Source: Felis catus (Eukaryota). From it: 64,000 nucleotides of DNA. A program made the translations under genes and the position numbers. The stretch lies in NCBI RefSeq assembly GCF_018350175.1, contig NC_058368.1:214212001-214276000 (forward strand). Direction: 5' to 3'. Under the pieces are notes generated by a model. It saw only the letters and a list, made by a program, of their open reading frames with translations, was not told where the DNA came from and made no database searches. Shown one piece after another: positions 52,265-64,000 of the stretch; within the stretch, counting starts at the first letter, position 1; every line of letters begins with the position of its first letter.

Positions 52265-53955
52265 GCAATGAATTAGAGTTTGAAAGTCTAAAACTCAGTG
52301 CCAGCTGAACTCTTAATTTGTGTTTATTTTTAACCATATTTGGTGAGGATGTTTAGGAAATTACTTCCTCAGCCTGTTTGGATATTTACTTTTATTGATT
52401 CTGACTACCAGAAATTCAAAAAACAGGATGAAATGCTTACTCTCAGGAAGGTGTGGAGTCTATGAAAAAATAAAACGTAGACTAAAGAACAATACAACCA
52501 AGAAAAAACCAGAATGAGGGAAACAACCCCCTCCCCCCCCCCCCCCCCCCCCCCAGGATAGAGCAGCCGTTAGTTTTTAACTCGGTTGATTAGGGCCTGT
52601 AAGTAGGAGAGTTTTATGGGCCATTTAGTTCCTTCATCTTCATTTCTTCTCCTCCTTCTCTTCCCTCTTCTCCTCCTTCTCCATAATGATAATTGCTAGT
52701 AATTCATGCAGAAAAGGAAGTTGATAAACAAAGCCTAAATGAATATTAATCACCTTAATAGATAATATTATTTTTGGACACAGTAGAATCCAGAGAACAT
52801 TCTCCTGGGGAGTGCTCTCAATGACCTTGTTTTTTGGGAGAATATAATTAGCACTGGTGTCATAGCCTTCCATTAAGCTTATATTTTATTCTCTGTATTT
52901 ATATTTTAGAAGGTAGACTGACCACCTATACATTTGGTGTCTTGACATGAGTTCTAACAAAATTGGGTTTTTAAAATTAATGTCTAAGCAAAATTACCAC
53001 ATTTTCATTATTGAACATTATTTAAAAAAAAAAATTCTGTTTCTACCACAGTCAGGCTTCCAAAGGAATGAATAAAACAGTGCTGAATTGTAATGTGTAC
53101 ATTCTTCAGCTCCTATAATAGGTTGTTTGTCCTTAAAAGGTTTAAAAGTTTTTTGTTTCCATATCTCAAGTTGAAAAGTATTATCTAATATTTACACATG
53201 TCTATGTTTACTCTCTTTAATTGTGAGTCAGTTTTAACACATGAGATATGAGACATTTGTGTGGTCATGACTCTCAGGCAGTAGAATGTGTTATTCTCCT
53301 TAGGTGATAACCCAGTGAGTGATGCAGGATTTGGCTCCAAATACAATGGTTGATCGCACAACAGGTTTCAGCACCATTGCTCTTGAAAACCATTTTGGTC
53401 AAGGGTAGAACTTTTTAAAGATTAAAACAGATAATGTAGTATCAAAAGGTATTCTGCTGGTCAGCTAAAATTCCATGAGGATAGGATTATGCACCATAAA
53501 CTTTATCCTCCTTTCTGATGATTTTAAGATATGATTTTTAGAGATGGATTAAATGTACATTCCCTTTGTATTTGTAATGCATATTCCAAATTACTACAGT
53601 AGATTTACTGTGCAGTTTTGCTTGAACTCCAGGGATCTGAGGGCTGGCTTGGTCAAATGACTTCCAAGAGTGCTCTGGTTATTAACATGCTTAATGTTGT
53701 AAGCCAGATGAAATAAGGAAGCTAGCAGAAAAGCCCAGCTTTCTTTAGAGACAGTGCACTATATCTTGCTTTAATTTGCTCCTTGGAGTCTTTGCATGCT
53801 ATTGGTGATATAGGTAAGACAAGGTTACAAAAAGGTCTTTCTAGTATTTCTCCAAGGCAGGGTTTCTGCTTTATACTGAATTCCATAAATTTGGAGTTCA
53901 TTAAATGCTTAAGTAGTCTTAAATTCACAAAGATACTATATTTTAGTTTATACTA

Positions 53956-54266
53956 AAGGTTTACAATCTGCCATCCAAAGTTCTTGGGGCCAAAAATGCT
54001 TAAGAATTCAGATTTCCACCTGCCTCTCAATTTGGGAAGGGTAATATTGTGCACATACTATATGCTATGTAATACTTACAGCAAGGTCTGGGCCAAAACC
54101 CCATGATCAAATAGATTCATATTTTCCCAGCAAAATATCAACGTCCACAGTGAGATAGAGACTATAATCTGTGTTCAGGTCAAATATTTTCCACCAAAAT
54201 TTATGAAAGACCCTTTTCAGAGCTTTTTGGATTTTGGGGATTTCAGAGAAAAGATTTTAGGTCTGT
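53956..54266. mobile_element. Tigger-family MITE (MER46C-like)
   Basis: Degenerate TIRs (aggtttacaatc / gattttaggtctg), plus internal cttggggcca and ttttcagagctttttggatttt. Confidence 0.65.
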
Positions 54267-54398
54267 ATAATTTTGTTTTTCTGCTATAACTTGGTAAGAG
54301 TTTGTGAAGCTTTTAAATATTTATCAATAAAAGGAAGCATTATAAAATTGTTTTAAAACCTTAAATGCTTATAATATCTTTAAAATATTTGGAAACTT

Positions 54399-54613
54399 GG
54401 GGTGCCTGGGTGGCTCAGTCGGTTAAACGTCTGACTTCAGCTCAGCTGATCTCACTGCTCGTGGGTTCAAACTCCACATTGGGGTATTTGCTGACAGCTC
54501 AGAGCCTGGAGTCTGCTTCCGATTCTGTGTCTCCTTTTCTCTCTGTTCCTCTCTGGCTCGCACTCTGTCTCTTTCTCTCAAAAATAAATAAACATTAAAA
54601 AATATTACGAAAA
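54399..54613 (+). mobile_element. Can-SINE (SINEC_Fc-like)
   Basis: TSD taaaatatttggaa(a/g)ctt at 54381-54398 and 54614-54631. Confidence 0.95.
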
Positions 54614-54672
54614 TAAAATATTTGGAAGCTTTTGTTATTTTAGTGTTGTTGATATAAAGACGGTAAAGTATT

Positions 54673-55256
54673 GCCCTTCCTTGCAGCCGGAACCTCCATC
54701 TTCCAGTAATTCGCCAAAATGACCAACACAAAGGGAAAGAGGAGAGGTACTGTCCTCTAGGTCTTTTAGAAAACATGGAGTTGTTCCTTTGGCAACATAC
54801 AGGTGAATCTACAAGAAAGGTGATGTTGTGGACATCAAGGGAATGGGCACTGTTCAAAAAGGAACGCCCCACAAATGTTATGGCAAAACTGTAAGAGTCT
54901 ATAGTGGTACCCAGCATGCTGTTGGCATTGTTGTAAACAAGTTAAGGGCAAGATTCTTGCCAAGAGAATTAATGTACGATTGAGCATATTAAGCACTCAA
55001 AGAGCTGAGATAGCTTCCTTAAGCATGTGAAGGAAAATGATCAGAAAAAGAAGAAAGCCAAGGAGAAAGGTACTTGGGTTCAACTGAAGCGCCAGCCTGC
55101 CCCACCCAACAAAGCACACACTTTGTGAGGACCAATGGAAAGGAGGCTGAGCTGCTGGAACCCATTCCCTATGAATTCATGGCATGATAATTGTAAAAAA
55201 AAAAACCCAAAAAACAAAAAACAAAACAAAAAAAACCTCAAGACTGTAAAAAAAAA
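54673..55256 (+). pseudogene. RPL21: Processed pseudogene of 60S ribosomal protein L21 (eL21)
   Basis: 5' UTR ccggaacc.ccatcttccagtaattcgccaaaATG (ATG 54719). Remnants [48 protein letters not shown] and [12 protein letters not shown] (TGA 55185-55187). No introns, several indels and an internal CGA>TGA change, an A tail, and TSD aaagac(g/a)gtaaagtatt at 54656-54672 and 55257-55273. Confidence 0.97.
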
Positions 55257-56865
55257 AAAGACAGTAAAGTATTACTGATACTAGGTTAAACAGACACAAG
55301 ATCAATATTTGCTTCAGTTATAAAGATGAGATCAAATTATATTTTTAAATTTTGCTAAATTTTCATTAGAAACATTGAATACTGGTATACTTGTGATACA
55401 CATAATCACGTTCCTCCTCCAGCTCTCTTGATCACGTTCCCACTTTCCCACTCCAGGAATTTCCCTTCTGTAGTTATTCCCTTTCTTTCTTGTATCATTT
55501 TGGGTCATTTCCCCCTGATCATTCACATCAACTTGTGAGCCTACTTTAGATTATTCTGTGTTAAAAAAAATCTGCAATTAGATTTAAATTTGCATTTTCA
55601 GTTGAATACCATAATGAAATAGATGCTGCATTCTGGAGTAGGTGCTAAATCGTATTCAGAATTTCCAAAGGAGTTTTAGGAAAGTGGTTATGTGGTCCTT
55701 GAATACTACACTTGCATTTGAGCATAGAAAGGTCAGATTAAAAAGCAGGATTTGGAGATTTCTTTGAAAAGCAGCCCTGTAAGAAGTCTTTTTCCTCCTT
55801 TCACAGCCCTTCATCTCAGATGTGAGAGGACATTCAAAGAGTCCACTTGGAGAACATGGTGATGTCTTAATGAACCCAGTGTGTGACTCCAGACTGGGTG
55901 GGGGGAGGGGGATAAAAAAACAAAGAAAACAAAAAACTTAGGCAGAGATGGAATGGTTTAGAAAAACAAGGTGAAGAAAAATTGATGATGCCTAAATTCT
56001 AAGTATAACCTCAGGGTTTATTTGGGCAAAGAATGCAGGAGAGTTTCTTACGGGTTTGTTAGGGTCATAAATGAGAAGAGGTTGCTCTGGAACCACTGCT
56101 GCTTTGACCTAATAGGATCATCTTTTGAGGATGGAAAAAGTTTCAACAGAGGAGAAGCTTGGAGATGGTCTGAGTGAGGCAAGATAAAGGAATTGCAAGA
56201 ATAGAGCACTTTCATCTGGTCTAGGGAAATCGAGGTGAGAGGCCACAAGTGTTGTGGGTCACCAAGGAACCCATGAAAAAGTTCCACAGAGGACACACCT
56301 CTAAACCTTCATTGAGCCAAAGAGCACAAAGCCAGCTGACAACAGCACTTACATAGACGCTTTCCTGTGCTTTGCATCCACCTTCGTTTCCACCTCCTTC
56401 CTTTTCCTTCCAACCCCAGAAAGGATGAAAAAAAACAGCCAGCCATAGGAGGGGAGGTGAGTAAGAGAGAATGAACTTAATACCCCAATGCTTCTTTGTC
56501 ACCCAAGGAATTTACAAGGTGTTATTTCAATGAGCATTATTGGATTTGAGATTAGACCTCCATCTATAAATTTTCCACAAAACCATAATTCACATATATC
56601 TTTCCTTTGGATGGATTTGGAGGCTTTGACTCTTCCGTGGTATTGGACATTTTAACTACAAAGTTGACATTATGTTTAATGACTTAAGGTAGGAGTTGGG
56701 AATTACCAAGAATTATTAGAAAAGTCATGGGATTACCTAAATTTTCATCCAGGGAAAGAAGAAAAAAAGTAATCCCTGAATAGATTTTAAAAGAAGGAGG
56801 TAAAAACAAATTTGATCCTAATTACTTCCTCTGAGTCTTTTTTGGTCAATTTAATGGTTGAAAAA

Positions 56866-57078
56866 TTTTTTTTTTTAACGTTTATTTATTTTTGGGACAG
56901 AGAGAGACAGAGCATGAACGGGCGAGGGGCAGAGAGAGAGGGAGACACAGAGTAGGAAACAGGCTCCAGGCTCTGAGCCATCAGCCCAGAGCCCGATGCG
57001 GGGCTCGAACTCACAGACCACGAGATCGTGACCTGGCTGAAGTCGGACGCTCAACTGACTGCGCCACCCAGGCGCCCC
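56866..57078 (-). mobile_element. Young SINEC_Fc-type Can-SINE
   Basis: Intact body. TSD taatggttgaaaa at 56852-56864 and 57079-57091. Confidence 0.96.
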
Positions 57079-57149
57079 TAATGGTTGAAAATTTATCAGC
57101 TCCTTCTCTATTTCCTTCTAGTAAGTGTACAGTTTTGTCTACCTCTTGT

Positions 57150-57403
57150 AGAACAAAACTCAGCTTCCTTGTTGAAGAAACATTTCCTAGACTCACTCCT
57201 TTTTCTCCATACTTCTCTCATTCATGATTCATTCCTCTCAAAACTGTGGTCATTTCTGTCACTCCAGGGAAACTAATCTTAAATATCACCAATGACCTAC
57301 CTGTTGTCAAATCCAACATACACTTCTCCTTTTATTCTTTTTTTTTTTTTTAACAATTTTTAAAGTTTATTTATTCTGAGAGAAAGAGAAAAAGTGCAGG
57401 AGG

Positions 57404-57457
<54 letters not shown>

Positions 57458-58533
57458 CCCAAGCAGGCTCCACACTGTTAGTGCAGAGCCCAGTGTGGGG
57501 CTTGAACTCATGAACTGTGAGATCATGACCTATGCTTAACTGACTGAGCCACCCGGGTGCCCCTCCTTACTGAACCTTTCAGCAGTATCAGAGCCACCTC
57601 TGATACTATTTTTGAATACTATTCTATTTTTGGAAATAGATAAGAGTTGTTTTCTGTGACACACATTAAACTTATTTCTATTCTTCCCTTGTGATATATT
57701 TCTTTCAGGCTCCTTGTTGACTCCTCCATCCCCCACTTCTATGTTGAAGTAGCCCAGGGCTAGCCTATGGGTTCTGTCTCTTCTCTGGATGGTTGCGTTT
57801 GGGCCCATTGCTTTGTGTCATTTGTAGGCTGATGACCTTCGAGTATCACCCTAACCCTTTACCTTGAACCATGGAATGTATATTGTTATTATTTGGATGT
57901 CTAATAGACGTTCCAAACTTGTTCATCAGGAGGTTTTCCCTCAAATGTGTTCTCTGTGCCTTGCCCATCTTAGTAAATGGCACAACCATTCACTCACTGT
58001 CCTGGACCAAAAACCTAGGACTTGTTACTGTCCCCTTTTCTTTTCCCACATCCATGCCATCATCATGACTTCTCAATTCTATTTTCAACTTTCATTTTCA
58101 GTAGAGAATCTACCCCTACTGCAACAATCCAGGCGAGGGATTATGTTTTTAGCTTATTCTGACAGATGTCTGAGAAATAGATGGTTGGGGACAAGAATGA
58201 AAAATGCCCGCTGCACTCCTGTAATGGTCTGAACTCTATTGCAAACATAGTCACAAAGTACACTCCCTTTAGCTGACTGTGCCCCAGGTAGACTTGCCTC
58301 CTCTTGTTCTTGACACATGCCAAACTCTTTCCTGACTCAAGGCCTTTACACTCGTTGGTCCTCCTGTCTAGACATTTTCTTGTTATATACCGATTTACTT
58401 ACTTCTGTTTTCCTACTCTCTTCAACTAGGATGTAATGTACACTTTCTTTTCTGTTCAGCTCTGTATTCCTAGCTATAGAAGACCAGTATATGGTAATTG
58501 CATGCCAATATTTTTTGAGTGAATGAAAGAATG
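57150..58533 (+). mobile_element. L2 LINE 3' portion, interrupted by a SINE
   Basis: tcaccaatgacctacctgttgtcaaatccaa, tggatgtctaatagac, ctcaaggcctttacac, and the terminal ttgagtgaatgaaagaatg typical of L2. Confidence 0.75.
57331..57563 (-). mobile_element. Can-SINE with expanded (AG)n, nested in L2
   Basis: T tail, long (AG)n at about 57408-57455, ending ctgagccacccgggtgcccc. Confidence 0.92.
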
Positions 58534-60419
58534 TAAGTATTTAAGACTTACAATATAATTAGGAAAAACTATCATGCTGTGATAGAAAAAGACTGGGAGA
58601 TCTGTGTCTACTCCTGAGTCCTGACTCAGCCACTTTGGCAAACAGAATGCTAAAAACTTCTCCATGTATTTTTTCTTTACCCCTAAACATGCAGCTTCTT
58701 GTGTCCATTAAAACAAATGACAGCCCACAGAAATGAAAATGTAGGACATGCATTTCCACATTGAGTTCAATACAGCAAAAAACACTTATAATTTTAAGCA
58801 AATGGTCTCTCCTCGGTAATAGTGCCCTTTTGATAAAATTTTACTCCACAGGAAATCCATTACAATAAATATCTGTTCCAATATCTGTCCATTTAGCAAT
58901 AATTCTTTTTATGCTCGATGCCTCTTTCCTGATGAACTGTCCTAGGGACCCTCCTCTGCTTCCCTGTGAGATTTACAGAGTTTCAACTCTGCTTCTGAGT
59001 ATTTGCTGTTGTCATGGTAGCTTGCTAATTTTGCTTATATTTCCCCCCCATATTTTCCCACAACCTTTGAAAAGACCAAGCTAAAGATGTGCCAAAGGCT
59101 ATTTCTGACTTAATGTTGTAGGCATGAAAATATTTCTTTTCTTAGCCTCTTGAAAAATGTTAAATGGTTGTCTCAGCGTCATTGATTGAGACTATTTGTT
59201 TATTCCCAGGGCTGAAAGTTAAAGCCATTCTATTTTGATAGAACTATTTATTTAAAACAAGCTTGAAATCAAAGCCATCTCATACAGTATGCAGGGAATG
59301 CTGTTTAACCCAAGTAATCCCTAAGTAAATAATTTATTGGATTACTTGGTGGGTTGAGAAATGAAGGTAGGATTTGGGTATATTTGGTTTTTCTTTTTTG
59401 TTTTAATTACTCACTAAATAACTGCGTGTGTTGTGTGAGTTTAGAAGAAAACAAAGTCTTACTGGAAGAAGATATTATCCCGGTAGTGACCTTGGGTGGT
59501 CCCAAGAAAGAACAGATCCCATGGAGCAGGGACAGCCCTGCTATCCATGGTGGTGTGGAAGCCACACTTGGATCTAATACCTAGCTTTGCTATAAACAGC
59601 TGTGTGGCTGCAAGAAAGCCATTTAAACTCTCTGCTTAAACTCCAGTTTCTTTATCTATAAAGTAAGAAAGAAAATCTCTCAGGTCTCTACCAGGTCTGA
59701 GATTGAGCCATTCTCTCCTAGACCAGTCAAAAATTATAGGAGTGAGGCAACCACACGGCAGTTTAGCCAGGGCTGAGAGACCATAATGTGGACCTTACTG
59801 CAACTCAAGACATGGATGGCCCCTCCCTTCCTATTTATATCAAACATTTACTTCCTTCCAAGCTGGAAAAAAACCGTCATTTTGTTTCATTGTGTTTTCC
59901 TTTATGGGAAACATGGCACAGGTCTTGTTGTACTAAAGTTGTTTTACTCTTGTGGATAAAAGAATACAATACAGATATTTTTGCTTTTTCAATGAGTGTT
60001 TGGAAAACTAATAATTTGTTGTCAATTAAAAATACATCTCTACAGGCCCAGATGTTCATGGATCTATGACAGCTGCACACCCTGCCTCTTTGGCGGTCAT
60101 GTGCCTACTATTCAGCCCTGAGAAACAATGCTTGTTTATTTATTTATTTACTTTTTTTGTGAGGAGAATCCAGATCATTTGTGCTAATAAAAGAAGAAAA
60201 TAGGCTAAACAACAGAAAATACTTAAGTAGACTTTACGAAGGAACTTATTGACCATGGTTAATAAAAAGCTGGCAAGAAGTGCTACGAGTTGTAGATGGA
60301 CAATCGGTAACCACCTGGTCGGGAGGATTTAAATATTTAATCAACTCAATATAGATACCACAGTTAGAGTGTATAGAAGTGTAGTTACTGGTCTACCAAC
60401 TTCCAGCAAACTTCAATCT

Positions 60420-60560
60420 GGAAACCCTTGGAATTGTGAAGCAGGTAGTTTAGGCCAAATTAAAGGCAACAGATTTATAGAGCTCATTACACAAAAAGTA
60501 GTACGTGGTTCAAGTATCATCAGATGGGTTTAAATGAATTTATGGGTGAAGATGCATTAA
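60420..60560 (+). mobile_element. Possible ancient CR1/L3-type 3' fragment
   Basis: ggtagtttaggccaaattaaagg...agctcattacacaaaaagtagt...gggtttaaatgaatttatgg resembles recalled CR1 3' ends. Confidence 0.4.
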
Positions 60561-62221
60561 AGATGAATAAAGGGAACCATGCACATTTGAAATAGATACC
60601 TGATCTAAAAAACGCTCCCAATGATAGCCTCAAATATTTTGAAATTGACAACATGAACAAAATATACCTTGTTGCGATTCTCCGAGAAAGTGCATCAGAC
60701 TAACTGGCTCATTAATTTGACCTATTATGGCATTTCTTATGTTCTTACATTCCTGTGACCTCCTTGAGGGCTCGTTTGGCCTTGAAGCACCACAAGGTGA
60801 AAAAAAAAATCTCAAAATTAATCGAAAAGTTACCAGAGTGCTTTTACATATGCTTAGCAAATTGTCAGTTTATCCTTGAAGGAACAGCCTCTACCAGAAT
60901 CTTTTTACCTATGATAGTGGCAAAGGGGCAGAGAGAGGGTTGTGAAATTGCGGCCGGAGACTGGGTTTCCTCTCTAATTCTTGTCTACCTTTCAGCCAGG
61001 TGCAGAAAAATCTTGAGTTCAAATATTTAGATGAACTTAGAGGAAGGAATACAGATCTGCTCATTCTTTAGAGTTTTAGGCTAAGTCTTGATTAACTGGA
61101 CACAATGGGCAAGTCAAGTGTTTTTTTCATTACTAGTAAGACAGCCTAAATTAAGGAAATCCACATGAAGCAATTCAGAAAGTGAAAAATGTATTTTTAT
61201 TTCACAATATTGTAATCTTAAAGCCGTGTTCTCTTGAATGTATATGATCTAAAGAGAAAATAATGAGTTACCTAAATATGATTACTTTGACTTATGTCCA
61301 TGGTGCATAACACTTTATGGTCGAAATAAATACAATGGGACAGTGGTGACATTCACTGTGAGTAGATCTGTTCTGATGAAAAGCACCAGTATACAAACTG
61401 TTTTTTCAGAAGGTGGACACTTTCTCCTGAGGTGGTTGATTCTTTCACCTAGTTGTTATGTCTGAAAAATTAATGCTTGTTCTGCAACTATAAACCAGCC
61501 TGTACATGACAGCAGCTCTCCCAACATTGTTTGAGTCATTAGAGGAGTCGGCCAGTTGTTCTCCTGTCCTTTCTGCGTGGCTGAATTTTCTTAATGACCA
61601 ATTCATTGTGTGTCTTCAAGCATGACACCTGAAAAGCTGTGATCTCTTTAATGAAGGATCCATTAGTCTTTCAAGAATGTGAACATGTGAAGTTGAAAAA
61701 CCTATTCAATAAGGTATCTCCTTGAAAGAACTCTAATCATGCTGTGAAGTACATTTACACAAAATATAACTTCTTCATGCATGTTTAACTGAGCAGAATG
61801 GTTTTTGGAGTCACATTAGCTGACCCTGATAGGAACACAGGCTCAGTTTTTCTAAATACTTTCCATTTTCATAAAATTGCTAAAATGCCACTTTTCAATC
61901 TACCTCTATATATAGCAGAGCATTCTTTCTTAGAACATAAGCCATTGTACAGTCCTCTTTCTGCGTTCTTTGAACCTTGGCAGCACACTATCTCCAAGAT
62001 TCCACGATCATAGACAGTCACCCTGCTGTTGTGTGCGATATACGGCTTTATACAAATCTTTCTGGTGCCATTGGAAGTGATTCTCGGGAGACAAAGCCCA
62101 AGAACGACCCTGAGTGTTACCTCTTTGTATATTCACTTCCGCATTTCATCTGTGCAGTTCCAAACCTATTCAAAGGTCTTTCTGTTTGAGCTTCTGAAAT
62201 TTAGCATATCCTCTGCTGAAT

Positions 62222-62608
62222 CTAGAGAGAAAAAGATGTAATTGTAATACACGAACCGTTCTCACTCTGCACATTAACACAGTAATAGAAAATAGAAGTT
62301 TTTCAATACAAAAAGTAGGTTTTTGCTCTTATTTCACATATTTAAAAATAATGCAATATATCAGGAATTAATTTTAAGGTAGTCAAGTGTGATTCATCAC
62401 CATTAAGTCACTTTTACCAAGGAGAATAACTCGATATACTCTATAGCATAGGAGAAGGAATAAAGTATATTTCATTTTAACACAGAAATACAATTTTGTC
62501 CTGCAGTATAATTGGATTAGTGATATAGGAAGGTATCTCATAATAGGGTTTTATTGTATTTTCCCCTAAAGTTGCATAGTAAGTATCAGCTTCCATAAAG
62601 GCACTTAC
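62222..62608 (-). other. Candidate GT-AG intron of an unidentified minus-strand transcript
   Basis: Consensus donor CAG|GTAAGT at 62609/62608 and acceptor tctttttctctctag|A at 62222/62221, flanked by non-repetitive sequence. Confidence 0.35.
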
Positions 62609-63937
62609 CTGCAAAATCATCTGAATAGTTGTTACTCTGAGTATATTCTGTAGTTTCCATTGAATATGTTCACTTGGGAGATTTCTAGTCCTAGTATTAA
62701 CTTTTATAGAATATTTGGATATCGATTATTTGGAAAGAATTAGAGTTAATAAAGAATTCAGTAAGCAAAGAGTTGATCTGTTAACCAATTTTTCCAAGTC
62801 AGGAAGGGTCAATGCTAATGGATTTGATTACAGTCAGGTGAAAGTACTACAAATGCTGTTACAGCTAGGTTCTTGCTTGAGCTGATCACCTTAGGTGCAG
62901 ATACATCTGGGCATGTCTGAAACCCTGCAGGGTACTGCCCACTCATTGCATGAAGGACAGAGGAAGTTTCCTGGGAGAGAGTGCCTTCTGAGGAAAGAAG
63001 GAGGGAAGCAGTCAAGCTTGACCCAACAACAAAGACTTAATCTTCAGAAGGAAGCAGGGATTTTGAATTTAGAATGGGCGTCTTGTTTGCAGCTGATTTG
63101 TTTTCCAGTCTAGACCCCCGTGGACTCCTTCCTGTGGGTTCTGAGTCCTGTGAAGTGTGTGTGTAAGGAGCCTGGGTGGGCGTGTGAGGAAGGACGATTT
63201 TGAATAAAAGCTGAAAGAATTGAATGACTAGGGACTCTCTCAGACCCTGTTCTGGTACTAACACCAATAGATGTAACACAAAAGAAGGAAGAGGAATATC
63301 CGCCTGCTTTGCAAAAAATCCCCCCAAAACAAAAACAAACCCAAACCCAAAAACAAAAACCAAAAAACAAACCCCAAACCCAAAATGCTGTTTTGAATGA
63401 CTGCTAAAGGACCTGTTCCTCTGTAGTGTGCGAAATTGTGCAGCGAAGGGGGAAGTGATGTAGCTCCGTAGAAATGCAACAGTGTGTTACGGGATTTAGG
63501 GGAGAGGCCCTCGGGAGTGGCGTGGGAGATGGGGAGGGAGATAAAATGAATCACTGAGGCCACTTGTACTGCGATTAATTTTTGTGATGATGAACAACAT
63601 ACTTGCTCTCCACCATTTTTACATTATTAAAATGGGTGTTGTTACCGCTTGTTCACTTTCATACTTAATGGGTGATGAAACTCTTAAAAGACTCTTGTTT
63701 ACTTAAAAATAAAAAACAAATATTTTACAGATTTGCCTATTTATGAAAAATCTTTTTTTGTTACTGTTGAAATGTTAGGAAAACACTTTTTCACCGTTTA
63801 CGTGGCATGCATATCTATTTTTTTTCTCATGAATATCGAACTCTAAACTGGAAAGTGTGAGGAGTATAAAGTTGGCTACACTTCTCACTCTCCTGAGTCC
63901 CCCTCCCCCCCCAAAAAAGTCCAAAAACATCTAATTC

Positions 63938-64000
63938 AGGGTTTCTTAGTCTTGAGATTATTGACACTTTGGACTGGAAAGTTCTCTGTGTTGGGGAGAC
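63938..64000. mobile_element. MER20 (hAT-Charlie) start, truncated by the window edge
   Basis: cagggtttctta...tattgacactttggactgga..gttct.tgtgttgggg resembles the recalled MER20 end. Confidence 0.65.

Noticed and set aside
54423..54917. Longest ORF in the window (164 aa, minus strand)
   Set aside because: It is an antisense read-through of the RPL21 pseudogene and the adjacent SINE.
62609..62690. Resemblance of KSPK...YSDDF to the MAP9 N-terminus
   Set aside because: Only two very short motifs match, with different spacing and an intervening stop; not enough to assign a gene.
1..64000. CRISPR array, prokaryotic operon or intact endogenous retrovirus
   Set aside because: There is no regularly spaced repeat-spacer array, no long ORFs and no gag/pol/env sequence. 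Dispersed repeats are explained by mammalian SINEs, LINEs and solo LTRs.

Overview
AT-rich, repeat-dense mammalian non-coding DNA, intronic or intergenic. It is almost certainly felid (cat family), because it carries many tRNA-derived Can-SINEs including CpG-intact SINEC_Fc-type copies and carnivore-type L1 3' ends. No intact protein-coding gene, rRNA, tRNA or CRISPR array is supported. The clearest gene-derived feature is a disrupted RPL21 processed pseudogene with a poly-A tail and 17-bp TSD (54673-55256). The rest is about 23 Can-SINEs (most with visible TSDs), L1, L2, L3/CR1 and MIR fragments, Tigger/hAT fossils (MER44, MER82, MER46C-like, MER20) and MLT1/LTR33 LTRs. Highlights: a probable LF-SINE at about 15271-15625 (a family whose survivors are often exapted), a twin-primed 5'-inverted L1 inside a MIR, a young SINE with an apparent 3' transduction ending at a Pol III terminator, and several CpG-enriched, splice-site-bounded minus-strand segments that could be exons of an unidentified lncRNA or decayed gene. 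Repeat names come from recalled consensus sequences, not a database search. I found no convincing new biological system.
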